A stretch of DNA of 64,000 bases from Phormidesmis sp. (GCA_965248535.1 CBDFJR010000002.1:1248001-1312000); one strand, 5' to 3'. Shown: positions 51,246 through 62,204, counted from the stretch's first letter. A program made the numbers and translations. Notes: generated from the sequence alone by a model not told the origin.

Positions 51246-52322
51246 ATGGTAGATTCCCTTAAAAAACCTGGCTTTGAAGAACTCCGTCCTGGAATCAAGG
51301 TTCCAGCTAAAGAAACCATCCTTTCGCCAAAGTTCTACACCACAGACTTTGATGCCATGGCGAAGATGGATATTTCGCCCAACGAAGACGAACTGAGAGC
51401 CATCTTAGAAGAGTTTCGGGCTGACTATAACCGTCACCACTTTGTTCGAGATGCCGAGTTTGATCAATCCTGGGATCATATGGATTGGGACACTCGCAAG
51501 CAGTTTGTTGAGTTTTTAGAGCGGTCTTGCACCTCTGAGTTTTCGGGCTTTTTGCTCTATAAAGAACTCAGCCGCAAGCTCAAAGACAAAAGCCCACTTT
51601 TGGCAGAATGCTTTGGGCTGATGGCCCGCGACGAAGCTCGCCACGCTGGGTTTCTCAACAAGGCGATGTCAGATTTTAATCTGTCGCTAGACCTAGGGTT
51701 TTTGACGAAGAGCCGCAAATACACCTTCTTTAAGCCAGAGTTTATTTTCTACGCGACCTATCTCTCTGAGAAAATTGGCTACTGGCGGTATATCAGAATT
51801 TATCGTCACCTTCAAGCCAACCCCGATAAGCAGATCTACCCGATCTTCCGCTTCTTTGAAAATTGGTGTCAAGACGAAAACCGTCACGGTGACTTTTTTG
51901 ACGCGATCATGAAGGCTCAACCTCAATATCTCAACACCTGGAAAGCAAGGCTTTGGTGTCGGTTTTTCTTGCTGGCAGTCTTTGGCACGATGTATATCAG
52001 AGACACTCAAGAGCCTGGGTTTTATGAAGTGTTGGGCATTGACGCTCGTGAATATGAAACCTACGTGATTCAGAAGACTAACGAAACCGCAGGGCGCGTG
52101 TTTCCGGTGATGTTGGATGTCGATCGCCCAGAGTTTTATCAGCGCTTAGATGTGTGTGTGCAAAACAACCGCGATTTGGCCACGATCGTCGCTTCTAAAA
52201 CTCCCAAAGTTCTTCAGATTTTCCAAAAGTTGCCGCTTTATGCCTCCAATGCTTGGCAGCTTTTGAGACTGTATTTGATGAAACCGATCGCCTCTGCCCC
52301 GGCTCAGGGCATTGCTCGTTAA
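51246..52322 (+). CDS. acsF: Mg-protoporphyrin IX monomethyl ester oxidative cyclase
   Basis: [36 protein letters not shown] di-iron motifs. Confidence 0.96.
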   Translation: MVDSLKKPGFEELRPGIKVPAKETILSPKFYTTDFDAMAKMDISPNEDELRAILEEFRADYNRHHFVRDAEFDQSWDHMDWDTRKQFVEFLERSCTSEFSGFLLYKELSRKLKDKSPLLAECFGLMARDEARHAGFLNKAMSDFNLSLDLGFLTKSRKYTFFKPEFIFYATYLSEKIGYWRYIRIYRHLQANPDKQIYPIFRFFENWCQDENRHGDFFDAIMKAQPQYLNTWKARLWCRFFLLAVFGTMYIRDTQEPGFYEVLGIDAREYETYVIQKTNETAGRVFPVMLDVDRPEFYQRLDVCVQNNRDLATIVASKTPKVLQIFQKLPLYASNAWQLLRLYLMKPIASAPAQGIAR

Positions 52323-52347
52323 GGTTTTAACTGTCCTTGGTTGATGT

Positions 52348-52374
52348 GGCTCTGTTTGATGCAGAGCCTTTTTT
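52348..52374 (+). terminator. Intrinsic terminator after acsF
   Basis: GGCTCTG-TTTGATG-CAGAGCC-TTTTTT. Confidence 0.75.
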
Positions 52375-52399
52375 GTGGGAAGGAGTCAGAGCGCGCCGA

Positions 52400-53233
52400 A
52401 TGACCCAGAAGAGACGTTATAAAAGCTTTCGAGATCTGATTTTTTGCCTTCTGCTTCAAGTGGTTTTTGCTTTCAAGGCGCAAGCGATCGAGTCCCCGCT
52501 CTCGCGATCTGCGGAAGATCTAGTTCTGGGTGCCCCCTTGACTCTGAGCAACGCTGCCGATCTGGATGATCCAAAGAGCGATCGCCCAAACATCACCGCA
52601 GTTGCCGATCGATTTTCTGATCTCCGCCCGATCGCTGCCGCTCTCGACCTTGACCCTAAAATCATTAACAGCAGCCCTGTTCTTCAACGTTGGATGAAAG
52701 AAATCCCTAATGTGGCGGCTGATATTGCCAATGATCCGAGTTTTCGGGCCCGGATTCGGCTGCACTATTTCGGCGATCGAGACTCTCACCCCTTATCAAA
52801 CCTGAAGATTGGCATTGAAGAGATTAGGCTGGGTCACAGTCACGCCACCATTAGCGCCGACTTTCAGGGAGCGTCTAATCACCACGCTGAGTCTTGGGGC
52901 ACTGACGTACACTACTACGTCTATCCTCTAGGAAACTACGTCAACGTTGCTCCCGTCATTGGCTATCGACATTTAAGCGTTAACACTGACTCAACCAGTG
53001 GCGTGAATCTAGGCGTTCGCTTGCTGTTAGTTCTTTCACGCGGGGGCGGTGCTGATGTGAGCTTGACTCAGACGTGGGTTGCTCCTGGCAGCGACCACGA
53101 AGCCGGACTTTCGATTCTTTCGTTTGGCTACGCTCTCAGTCACCAAGTTCGGTTGTCTACCGAGCTACAGCGTCAAACCACTAGGCGGGGCAGCGATAAC
53201 CGGGTCGGCATTGGGCTGGAATGGATGCTGTGA
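52400..53233 (+). CDS. Hypothetical secreted/outer-membrane beta-strand-rich protein
   Basis: Signal peptide (AQA); SPVLQRW...DPSFR; amphipathic strands ending GIGLEWML. Confidence 0.6.
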   Translation: MTQKRRYKSFRDLIFCLLLQVVFAFKAQAIESPLSRSAEDLVLGAPLTLSNAADLDDPKSDRPNITAVADRFSDLRPIAAALDLDPKIINSSPVLQRWMKEIPNVAADIANDPSFRARIRLHYFGDRDSHPLSNLKIGIEEIRLGHSHATISADFQGASNHHAESWGTDVHYYVYPLGNYVNVAPVIGYRHLSVNTDSTSGVNLGVRLLLVLSRGGGADVSLTQTWVAPGSDHEAGLSILSFGYALSHQVRLSTELQRQTTRRGSDNRVGIGLEWML

Positions 53234-53245
53234 GGGCGACGATCG

Positions 53246-53644
53246 TCAAGCCGTCATCACGCCTTCCACAAATTCACTGTCAACCGACTCATCTTTGGCT
53301 TGATCATCTCGAACAATATCTAGATCGATATCCAGCACCGTCATCTGCAACCCTGCCTTGGGCAGATTCCCAGCGCTTGAGATAAACGGATTGGGTTCGA
53401 CATTGCCCGTGCAGATAATCAATGACCCTTTTTTTAAGAACTGAAGCTTGCGCCAGGCGTAGGATTTTTCCCAGATGCTCAACGAAACGGTGAATGACTC
53501 GTCTCGATTTCGCGGTTTTTGAACGTATAGCGTAGCGTTGGCAACTTGGGCTTCTCTTCCATCTTTGAGGGTGACCATTTTCACCGTCACATCCGCACCT
53601 AAATTACCACTGACAATCCATTTATTGAGTCCAGCACTGGCCAT
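53246..53644 (-). CDS. Single-stranded DNA-binding protein paralog (OB fold)
   Basis: LNKWIVSGNLGAD, LKKGSLI, acidic tail. Confidence 0.7.
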   Translation of the reverse strand: MASAGLNKWIVSGNLGADVTVKMVTLKDGREAQVANATLYVQKPRNRDESFTVSLSIWEKSYAWRKLQFLKKGSLIICTGNVEPNPFISSAGNLPKAGLQMTVLDIDLDIVRDDQAKDESVDSEFVEGVMTA

Positions 53645-53784
53645 AAGATTTTCTCGATCGGGTGAACAATTTTTAGACACAGCGTTTGGCAGATAATGCG
53701 GTGTCTCCCTTACATTTCCCCCTGAATAGAAAAAAGGCACAGGTTGTTGAATAACGGGTGATTGTAGCGTGGGGTTTAATCTGG

Positions 53785-54910
53785 CTAGAAGCGGAGAATT
53801 TCTCGATCGAACCCTTCAGCGATCGGTTCCGTTTCCCAGACTAAGCCTTCTCCGGCTTCAAGCACGACCGCGATCGAGAGCACTTCAACCGCCGTTTGAG
53901 CGATCGCTTCATTGCCCTCAAAAGACTGCAAATCTTCGGTTAATAGTCTTAATTTGAATCCTCCTGGCACTAATCCGCCCGGAGCGGTGTTGCGAAGCTC
54001 AAAGCGCCAGCTATCAGCCTGCGGCATGACCTGCAACTCGTAGGTTTGACCCGCGATCGCTAATCGTCGTGACAACGCAGCAACCGGGACTGAAGAGTCT
54101 GAGCCGCGTGCGCCTGACAAAGCGGGTTGAAGCTCGATTTGCTCCCAGCCAAGCTGTTGAGCTAGGGCAGAAACGCCCGTCCGCATCCAGTCCAAGACGG
54201 AGGTTTGGGCGGGCAACCCTTGACGACGTTGAGCAAGCTGCTGTCGCCAGCCTCCATGCTCTAACAGTGCGCCCCAGAGTTGAAAGGGAATCGCTAGCCG
54301 AGGCACGATCGCCGGATTGGACAAGCGATCGAGCAAATTATTTGCCTGGCTCAAGCGACAGTGCCGAGAGTGGGGCAACGGCGGCGCGAGTCGGCTCTGG
54401 TAGGTTGAACTCGCGAGAGAGCCGCAGAATATTGAGATCTAAAATCAACTCGTCTTCGCTGAGAGCATAGGTACGATCGTCGGCATCATACTGCCCTTTT
54501 GTCTTAACCGTGTGATGGGTGGCATAGCCCCAAACCTTGACCCAGCCTTCATCGGGTTCGACTTGCACCGCTAGATAATAGTCGGCTGCCCAACTCGGCA
54601 GATCGACCCACTCTTGAGGAATGCGAAGCTCGTCATGGTCGATCGCTTCGGTTGGCATCACAACCCATCGCTGCCCGTCGAGGGTGAAAGCAGTGCCGTT
54701 GACCAAGGCCCAAATACTAGAAAGAGCAGAGGAATTTGTCCAGATTTTTGCTTGGGGTGACTCGGCTTGCAGCCAGGGCAGCAAAGCCGTTACGGTGAGT
54801 TGGTTGAGGTAGGCGTTCCAGCGATCGTGGGCAATCACAAAGGGCTGAGTTTGCCGCCAAATCTGCTGCGGGTCGGCTGCGGGAAGGTTGAGTAGAAGAT
54901 CAAGAGACAT
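53785..54910 (-). pseudogene. DUF1822 family protein split by a +1 frameshift near 54355
   Basis: RIPQEWVDLPSWAADYYLAVQV, VWGY in ORF1; LSQANNLL..RL.IPF..W, LVPGGFKLRLLTEDLQ in ORF2. Confidence 0.78.
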
Positions 54911-54959
54911 AGCTTAAGACAACTCCGAGCGTGGAAAATTTTTGAGTCAGTCGCGGGTA

Positions 54960-56144
54960 TCAGTTGGGTTGGTAGTGTTGTTGCAGCCACTCTTCGATCA
55001 CCAGACTCATAGATTGAAGTAGGGCTGAGGTGAGGGAGATATGCAGCGCGTCTTGACTCCAGATCGCTATTTGTTTAAGGAGTTGTTCTCTGGCTTTGGT
55101 GAGACGACGAGAAACGGTGTATTGCTTGACCTCTAGCTGTTGTGCCATTTGTTGCTGAGTGCAGCGTTCTTGATAATAAAGATGCAAAATGGTCTGAAGT
55201 TCAGGATCGAGTTGCCCGATCGCCGCTTCTAAAATCTGATTTAGCTGCGATCGCTGATCGTGTCGCGTCTGATCGTCTTCATCGGCAATCAGATCTGCAA
55301 GTAGCGATTCTCTAGGACTTTCTGGCACATCGTCGAGCAATTCTCCGGTATCTTGACCGGATTTTGGGGTGTTAATCGAAACGAGATGGGGATTTAAATA
55401 CGATCGTGCCGCTTGAGCGCAGCGATTGAGCCATTTTTCCAGGGTTTCGGGTTGGGCTACGGGTGAAGCAGGAGACCGATCGGCGTTGTAGCGTTGCGCG
55501 ATCGCGGCCCACGTTGCCTGATCGGGGCGGGGAAGTTTGCGCGTTGCAGTCTCTTGAGTGGGAACGTAGAGAGATTTAAAACAACTCCATGCCAGCGTGT
55601 AGTTCGCGATCGTCTCAGCAGACAATCCAGCGTTTTGCAAGGATTCAACTAGGCGTTTTTGGCTGACTTTTCTTAGCAGTGCCCAATTGGTGCAAATATC
55701 AACTTCTTGGCGTTGGCGAAGCGTGTCTCGAATCGTGCTTGCAAAGATGGCGCTAGCGTAATTTTTGAGGCTAAATCCCTGTTGGGGATTGAATCCATTT
55801 AAGATTTTTTGAACTTTAGCGATCGCCACCTGAAAGCAGTCTGGCAGCGTATATTGCATCAGGGCAAAACTGATCATCGTCTTCTGAGCTGACCAATAGC
55901 AAGTTTCTTGAAGATAGGCGATCAAGTGGGCTAACGAGTGGGGATAGTTCGCCCGATCGTCTTGCCAAATTTTGTACCAATAAAGCGCCCAAAAATTAGC
56001 CGACGTTTCAGGGTTAGGCGACTCGTTTAAACACTGCTGCATCCGGCGTTTGAGTCGAGCATCGATCGCCCAATTAGACACCCGATCGCCCTCAAATTGC
56101 AAAAACGTTGAAAAGATTTCTAAAAGGCTTTGACGAGAACGCAT
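54960..56144 (-). CDS. Sigma-70 family sigma factor-like protein (DUF1822-associated)
   Basis: FSTFLQF, HLIAYLQE.CYW, region-4 HTH TQQQMAQQLEVKQYTVSRRL. Confidence 0.8.
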   Translation of the reverse strand: MRSRQSLLEIFSTFLQFEGDRVSNWAIDARLKRRMQQCLNESPNPETSANFWALYWYKIWQDDRANYPHSLAHLIAYLQETCYWSAQKTMISFALMQYTLPDCFQVAIAKVQKILNGFNPQQGFSLKNYASAIFASTIRDTLRQRQEVDICTNWALLRKVSQKRLVESLQNAGLSAETIANYTLAWSCFKSLYVPTQETATRKLPRPDQATWAAIAQRYNADRSPASPVAQPETLEKWLNRCAQAARSYLNPHLVSINTPKSGQDTGELLDDVPESPRESLLADLIADEDDQTRHDQRSQLNQILEAAIGQLDPELQTILHLYYQERCTQQQMAQQLEVKQYTVSRRLTKAREQLLKQIAIWSQDALHISLTSALLQSMSLVIEEWLQQHYQPN

Positions 56145-56231
56145 AGGAGGAAGGTTGAGAGTTTTAACGCGAGTGCATAAACCGTCAGGCGTTGCCCTAG
56201 CAGTCAGTATTAACCCAAAGCAGGCACTTCG

Positions 56232-56849
56232 ATGAAATCTACACCAACAAAATTTATTCTTTTGGCAGGGTCTATTGCCTCCATGCTAACGGCGACGACT
56301 GTTAGGGCGCAAGACTTCGGCTTACCTCCGATACTTCTTCAGCAAAGTGAATCATTTCGCAATTCAGACAGTCAAATTGTGATTCGCATTCGCAATTTTG
56401 CCGATCGCGACTCAGCCTGCGGCAGTGGATTTAATGGGTCACGATCGGGCTTTTCCGACAGCTTTGACTTTCCGCACCCCGGCGGGTTGCTCTCTGAGTT
56501 TCCACGATCGGGGGCACGCTCTAATAATTTTGACTTTCCGCGTCCGGGTGGCTCGTCGCTCAACTCTTTTCAGTTGCCCAGTGGTGCAAGAAACCCTGAC
56601 ATTATTGGCTGCGTTGATAGCCAACGGAATATTTTGTTTATCACGATTATTCGTCCTCCCGTCAGAGAGCAGATTCCGCCTATTCAAACGCCGCCCATCC
56701 AAACACCGCCACCTGTGCAAACGCCGCCCAGAGAGCAGCCTAGCCCCTTAATTCCTCAGACCCAATCTCCATCTCTCCTCAATCAAGCTCCGGTTTATAA
56801 CCCAAACAATCCGGCGGGGTTCCCTTCGTCTTATCCTGTGATTAGATAA
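56232..56849 (+). CDS. Hypothetical secreted protein with internal repeats and Pro/Gln-rich tail
   Basis: Signal peptide (VRA-Q); FDFPxPGG and FxxSGAR twice; PPIQT repeats. Confidence 0.55.
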   Translation: MKSTPTKFILLAGSIASMLTATTVRAQDFGLPPILLQQSESFRNSDSQIVIRIRNFADRDSACGSGFNGSRSGFSDSFDFPHPGGLLSEFPRSGARSNNFDFPRPGGSSLNSFQLPSGARNPDIIGCVDSQRNILFITIIRPPVREQIPPIQTPPIQTPPPVQTPPREQPSPLIPQTQSPSLLNQAPVYNPNNPAGFPSSYPVIR

Positions 56850-56873
56850 CAAAATCCTTTAAGCGATCGCACC

Positions 56874-57236
56874 ATGCACATCACCCAATTTCTTCACGCG
56901 GCGATTCTCGTGTCTGATCTCGCAAAATCTGAACACTTCTACGGCACCGTTTTAGGATTGACCAAGGTCGATCGAGTGCTCAAATTTTCGGGAGCCTGGT
57001 ATGAAATTAATGGAATGCAAATTCACCTAATTACAGATTCTGCGGCTCAATCAGATGTGAAAAACGTCGAAAAATGGGGACGCAATCGTCATCTGGCATT
57101 TTCTGTTGTGGATGTGAATGCAGCCAAAGATCAGCTTCTCAGCCACGGGTGTGAGTTTCAAATGAGCGCATCAGGACGATCGGCGCTGTTTGTTCAAGAT
57201 CCCGATGGCACTGTGATCGAGTTGGGAGAACGATAA
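56874..57236 (+). CDS. VOC/glyoxalase family protein
   Basis: HAAILVSDL, FYGTVLGL, HLAF, DPDGTVIEL. Confidence 0.9.
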   Translation: MHITQFLHAAILVSDLAKSEHFYGTVLGLTKVDRVLKFSGAWYEINGMQIHLITDSAAQSDVKNVEKWGRNRHLAFSVVDVNAAKDQLLSHGCEFQMSASGRSALFVQDPDGTVIELGER

Positions 57237-57276
57237 GCCAACTTAAACTAGAAGAGACTGCAACTCTGATAGCAAC

Positions 57277-58596
57277 ATGAAAATTATCGCGTATCTCTAC
57301 AGCGATCCGCTTTTAGAACTAACGCCCGATCGCTCACTGTGGGGATGGGAAATCGATCAGGTCTACCAAGATATCGCAACCGAAAAGGCAACCCGTCCGC
57401 AGTTGCAAAAACTTCTGCTCGATTGTCAAACAGAACCCGTCGATTATATGCTGGTGCGGCGACTCGAAGAGTTGGGCGACTCAGTGCCCGAAGTCAGCGA
57501 TCGGCTTGCCAATCTAGAAGCGATCGGCGTTCGGTTAGTCACGATCGAGCCATCTTCGGCGGTTTCTGATCGCTCGATCGGGGCGAATGCTGACCTGCTC
57601 AATCTGCTGCAAGAGTTGCAGACCAATCAACGCAGTCGCCGCATTCGGCAAGGGCACGCCCGCAATCGCGTTAAGGCGATGCCTCCGCCGGGCAAACCTC
57701 CCTATGGCTATCGGCGTAGCAAAAACCGCTATCTCGTCGATCGGGCAACCGCCCCCGTTGTTAAAGAATTTTTTGAGCAATTTTTGCTTTACGGCTCGCT
57801 GCGGGGTGCCGTGCGGCATCTAGAGAAGAAATATGGCAAAAAAATCTCTGTGTCTACGGGGCAGCGCTGGCTGACCAATCCCGTTTATCGCGGTGATCTG
57901 GAATATCAAACCGGAGACGTGATCGCCGATGCTCACGCAGGAATTATCTCTCGTGACGAAGCAGCTCAAATCGATCGCCTGCTGCGGCGCAACCGTCGCC
58001 TGCCTGCCCGCACTGCTAGCGCCCCCCGATCGTTGGCTGGGTTGGTGATCTGCGAAACCTGTCAGTCTCCGATGACGGTGACCCGCGTCGCACCTCGCAG
58101 CCCCCGCAAAGAGTCTAAAGAATATTTGTATCTGCGTCCGACTCGCTGCCCTGACAAACCCGCCTGCAAAGCGATCGCTTATGAGCAACTTTTGCAAGCC
58201 ACGATCGCGCGCATCTGCGAAGATCTGCCGCGGGCCGTTGCCAAAGTCACGATGCCCGACATGAACCAGATTAAACAGGGAATTGGGGGAGCGATCGCTG
58301 CCAAACAAGCGATTCTAAATCAGTTTCCTGGCTTGATCGACAGCGGCATTCTCGACTCAGAGAGCGCCGACTTACGCGCCTACACCCTTCGCACCGAGAT
58401 GGCTCAACTGCAAGCCCAACTCGCCCAACTGCCGCCCGTCAATTTAACGGCGATCGCTCAGGCCGTCTCTATTCCTCAGTTTTGGCTCGACCTGTCAGAA
58501 CCCGAACGCCGCTTTTATTTCCGCGAATTTATCAAGCAGATCGACCTGGTTCGTGACCTGGCTGACTGGAGACTCAAACTCGTCTTTATCTTCTAA
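57277..58596 (+). CDS. Large serine recombinase-like protein with degenerate catalytic motifs
   Basis: RPQLQKLL, PYGY, LTNPVYRG, AH.GIIS, LAGLVICETC zinc ribbon; N-terminal YLYSD instead of YxRxS. Confidence 0.8.
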   Translation: MKIIAYLYSDPLLELTPDRSLWGWEIDQVYQDIATEKATRPQLQKLLLDCQTEPVDYMLVRRLEELGDSVPEVSDRLANLEAIGVRLVTIEPSSAVSDRSIGANADLLNLLQELQTNQRSRRIRQGHARNRVKAMPPPGKPPYGYRRSKNRYLVDRATAPVVKEFFEQFLLYGSLRGAVRHLEKKYGKKISVSTGQRWLTNPVYRGDLEYQTGDVIADAHAGIISRDEAAQIDRLLRRNRRLPARTASAPRSLAGLVICETCQSPMTVTRVAPRSPRKESKEYLYLRPTRCPDKPACKAIAYEQLLQATIARICEDLPRAVAKVTMPDMNQIKQGIGGAIAAKQAILNQFPGLIDSGILDSESADLRAYTLRTEMAQLQAQLAQLPPVNLTAIAQAVSIPQFWLDLSEPERRFYFREFIKQIDLVRDLADWRLKLVFIF

Positions 58597-58706
58597 AAAC
58601 CATGTTGCGATCTGTAGCAGATCAGCGACTGTCCATTCTGCTTTGGGTACGTTTGAGGAAAAGACTAGTGTGATATCACCCTCAACTCTCGCTTAGGAGA
58701 ACTCCC

Positions 58707-60113
58707 TTGCTTCGCAAAAAGCCCCTCTCGCGATCGTCCCACCCGGCTCAACCACCCCTAGAGTTTATCGCGCCAGATATCGATCTCAACGTGGTCAATC
58801 TAGTGCAGTTGGCGCTGCCGCTGTGGATGCGGTTTAAAACGCCGCTGACTCGCGTTGAAGCTAAAAATGTCGAGGCGCTGATCGATCTCTATCAGCAGTT
58901 TCAATCAGGCAAGGTGCGAGTGTTGTTGGCATTTCGTCATCCTAGCGTTCACGATCCGATTTGCATGGGCTATTTGCTCCATTATTTGCTGCCCAAAGTG
59001 GCTAAACAGCAGGGCATTCGACTTAAGACTCCGACTCACGCCCACTTTATCTACGATCGCGGCATTCCGCTTTGGGCAGGATCACTCGCGGGTTGGCTCT
59101 ATGCGAAACTAGGCGGCACCCCGATCCATCGGGGCAAGCTCGATCGCGTGGGGTTGAGATCGGCGCGTGACCTGTTTGCGAATGGGGCGTTTCCATTAAT
59201 GGCGGCTCCCGAAGGCGCGACGAATGGCCATAATGAAACCGTCAGCCCCCTAGAGCCAGGCATCGCGCAGATGGGCTTTTGGTGTGTCGAAGATTTAATC
59301 AAAGCAGGGCGATCGGAAAAGGTGCTGATCGTCCCGATCGGCATTCAATATCGCTATGTCACACCTCCTTGGAAAGCGATCGAAAAACTGCTCAGTGAGC
59401 TAGAAGCCGACAGCGGACTGGTCAGAACCGACGATGGACAAGAAGGTCATCTTTATCGGCGTTTATATCAGTTGGCAGAGCATTTATTGACCGAGATGGA
59501 AGAGTTTTATACGCGCTTTTATCACCAGGTTTTGCCGACTACAGGTGAGCGATCATCCGCGATCGCAGGCGTTGAGCCTGGCTCAAACGCAGAGTTCTCA
59601 GTGCGACTAGAGGCGTTGCTAAATGGAGCGCTGCAAGTAGCCGAACAATATTTTAATATTCAGCCAAGAGGCAGCGTCATCGATCGCTGTCGCAAACTCG
59701 AACAAGCCGGATGGGACTATGTGTTTCGCGAAGACTTGCATCTCGAAACGCTGTCACCGCTCGCCAGAGGCCTCGCCGATCGCATCGCCGAAGAAGCCAG
59801 TCTCCGTATCTGGCATATGCGCCTAGTCGAGAGTTTTGTTGCCGTCACGGGCAAATATGTCTTAGAAAAGCCCACCGCCGAGCGTTTTGCTGAGACGATC
59901 TTGCTGATGTGGGATGTGATTACCAAAATCAAAGGCGGCAATGCGTTTAAGCGGCCGAGGTTAGGTCAACAGTGCGGGCTAGTGACGATCGGGCAATCCA
60001 TCTCAGTCTCCGATCGCTGGGACACTTATCACAGCAATCGCCGCGCCGGGAAACAAGCCGTTTCTGACCTAACTCAAGACTTGCAAACTGCCCTTGAGAG
60101 CCTGATCATTTAG
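58707..60113 (+). CDS. Glycerol-phosphate/lysophospholipid acyltransferase (PlsC family)
   Basis: FRHPSVHD (HX4D), APEG, IVPIGIQY. Confidence 0.82.
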   Translation: MLRKKPLSRSSHPAQPPLEFIAPDIDLNVVNLVQLALPLWMRFKTPLTRVEAKNVEALIDLYQQFQSGKVRVLLAFRHPSVHDPICMGYLLHYLLPKVAKQQGIRLKTPTHAHFIYDRGIPLWAGSLAGWLYAKLGGTPIHRGKLDRVGLRSARDLFANGAFPLMAAPEGATNGHNETVSPLEPGIAQMGFWCVEDLIKAGRSEKVLIVPIGIQYRYVTPPWKAIEKLLSELEADSGLVRTDDGQEGHLYRRLYQLAEHLLTEMEEFYTRFYHQVLPTTGERSSAIAGVEPGSNAEFSVRLEALLNGALQVAEQYFNIQPRGSVIDRCRKLEQAGWDYVFREDLHLETLSPLARGLADRIAEEASLRIWHMRLVESFVAVTGKYVLEKPTAERFAETILLMWDVITKIKGGNAFKRPRLGQQCGLVTIGQSISVSDRWDTYHSNRRAGKQAVSDLTQDLQTALESLII

Positions 60114-60124
60114 CCCAGTCAACG

Positions 60125-62014
60125 TTAAGGCGGCGGTGCCTGCTCTGGCGCTGCTTTGGGCTTGCTGCCTGTGTTGCGGACGTTGACAATCTTGCTCAAC
60201 AGATCAAACCAGAAGGGCGCACCCATGGCGATCGCGATCCCACTCAGCCCCCAACCGAGCAGCATCTTAAAGGCCTCCCAAGGGCGCACAAAGAAAATTT
60301 CTGCCATCAGTCCCATCTTCGCAAAGAATGAGAGGTCTCCAGCAGCTATCTGACGACCGGGTAAACAACTCGCAAACATCGTTGACCACTCTTGCTCACT
60401 AGTGACGTTTTCTTTGTTGATCGGCGCAGCCGGAGGACAGTCAAATTGCTTCGACAAATTTGCCGGATTCCAGCTAATCGGCAGCGCGACATTCCGCAGT
60501 GCAGAATCGGTCTGGTTGCGAATATCATCAAGCTCTTGACGCAAGGGCGGCCTGTTGGCATTGCCCGCCGGGACGACTTCGCCAGCCCGTTTGGTGATCA
60601 CCTCGCGCAAATTATCATCACTAGAAAGCCGATTAAACACATGAAAGGTATCAGAGTTAGTAAACGAAGCGATCGTAATGCCAATCAAAATAGCAACGCC
60701 TTTTGCATTGCGTTTATAAACGCCCGAAGCCCGTGACATAGAGCGATCAAACCAAAGCGAAACCTCTTCGCGCAGTTGGTTAATGTCACTCTCAGTTTGC
60801 TTTACTCTGGTCTGAGCGCGTCTCGCTAAAACGGCTAAACTTTCTCTCACCGAAGCCGGGAGTTTATCTAGCCCTTCCGAAATCTCGACATAGGATTGAT
60901 AGTCTTGATAAAGTGCGTATTCTTCTTCCGAAAGTTCTCTCAGTCCAGCATTACGAAACAGATCCTTCTGTTCATTAGTTAACTGATTCAACGTCAGATT
61001 CAAGGGTGGGTCTTCAGCGTTGTTAAAAGCATCTAATTGAGCGTTAACAGACGCATCAATTTTTGCATCGATCGGCGGTAGTTTTGTTTTAATCACTGCA
61101 TAGGCATCTGTGATTTCTCGATAGACATCACTGCTTTGATTCACCATATCTGCAATTTCAGACAGCGACGGTCTCAACCCACCTGAAGTCATCGCTCGCT
61201 CGTTATCGGCGGTTTCGCCAAAGACTCCCAGTTTAAATGACTTGAGCCGATCGCTACACAAGACCGTTTGTTCGCCAGGGTCAGCAGGCAAAAACGCCGC
61301 AATGAAGCGATCGAGGCTCTCTCCCATCCGCTCTACGCAGGTTTTTAACGTCGCTTGCTTGAGTCTAAAGTCTTTGAGAATATCGTGATAATCGGTGACC
61401 AAACTCACAAATCTTGGATCTGAACTCAAGTCTCCCTGGTTAGGGTTTGCTTGCTCGACCACGAGCCTGATTTTGCCTTTCTCCCAGTTGTCTTTGAGTT
61501 CTTGATCGGTCGGAATCTCAACGCCGCCACTGTCATTGACTTTATAAATCCCTACTAGCCGGGTCGCAAATTTTTCAAGTCTGACCTCGGTGAGCTTATT
61601 GGACAACTTTGAGATCCCTAATCGCTCTAAAAGAGAAGTCGCAAAGGTCTCCGGGGAAATATAAGACGGGCCCGTTGCGAGTTGTTCTCCATAGGCACCT
61701 CGGCGGTTGCCCGCAAATAATTTTGTGAACTGTCGAAACCAATGCGCGATGCCATCGGTGACTCCTTGATTCACGTTTTGCAGCAGGGGATCGTTATAGA
61801 GTTCATCCACCAAAGTCTTAACTTGCGTCTGATGATCAGAAAGCTCAACGCCGCCCCCCAAGAGAATCTCGATCGCATCTTTGAGATGTTTTGCCCGCCA
61901 TTGCAATAGGGTAGTGATCAGTTCTTGAACTTCAGACGCAAGCAAACTCAGAATTAAATAAATAAAGACTAAGCCGATCGCGACATCTAAAACAAATGGC
62001 AAATTCATGATCAA
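60125..62014 (-). CDS. Conserved hypothetical membrane protein
   Basis: LDVAIGLVFIYLILSLLAS, GPSYI, WFDRSM.RASGVYKRNA, AIAMGAPFWFDLL. Confidence 0.75.
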   Translation of the reverse strand: MIMNLPFVLDVAIGLVFIYLILSLLASEVQELITTLLQWRAKHLKDAIEILLGGGVELSDHQTQVKTLVDELYNDPLLQNVNQGVTDGIAHWFRQFTKLFAGNRRGAYGEQLATGPSYISPETFATSLLERLGISKLSNKLTEVRLEKFATRLVGIYKVNDSGGVEIPTDQELKDNWEKGKIRLVVEQANPNQGDLSSDPRFVSLVTDYHDILKDFRLKQATLKTCVERMGESLDRFIAAFLPADPGEQTVLCSDRLKSFKLGVFGETADNERAMTSGGLRPSLSEIADMVNQSSDVYREITDAYAVIKTKLPPIDAKIDASVNAQLDAFNNAEDPPLNLTLNQLTNEQKDLFRNAGLRELSEEEYALYQDYQSYVEISEGLDKLPASVRESLAVLARRAQTRVKQTESDINQLREEVSLWFDRSMSRASGVYKRNAKGVAILIGITIASFTNSDTFHVFNRLSSDDNLREVITKRAGEVVPAGNANRPPLRQELDDIRNQTDSALRNVALPISWNPANLSKQFDCPPAAPINKENVTSEQEWSTMFASCLPGRQIAAGDLSFFAKMGLMAEIFFVRPWEAFKMLLGWGLSGIAIAMGAPFWFDLLSKIVNVRNTGSKPKAAPEQAPPP

Positions 62015-62100
62015 TCACCCTAGAGCTACGTAGACGTTCAACCTGATACAGACAAGTCACTGTAATATACAAGCTTTTCCTAAAGTGGATTATTTCTGTT

Positions 62101-62136
62101 AAAAAAATTAAGCCCCCAATCACTGGAGGCTTAATT
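62101..62136 (-). terminator. Intrinsic terminator of the cta operon
   Basis: aattaagcc...ggcttaatt stem with T-run on minus strand. Confidence 0.65.
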
Positions 62137-62157
62137 ATAGAGAGCGATAAAGGCATG

Positions 62158-62182
62158 GTACGGGCATGGCACTGCCGTGCCC
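62158..62182 (+). repeat. REP-like palindrome
   Basis: GTACGGGCATGGCACTGCCGTGCCC just downstream of ctaE. Confidence 0.7.
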
Positions 62183-62204
62183 CAGGTCTATGCAGTCACC
62201 AAGA

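Noticed and set aside
57277..58596. Prophage or excision-element integrase marking an island
   Set aside because: Catalytic motifs degenerate, host-like HIP1 density, no att repeats or cargo
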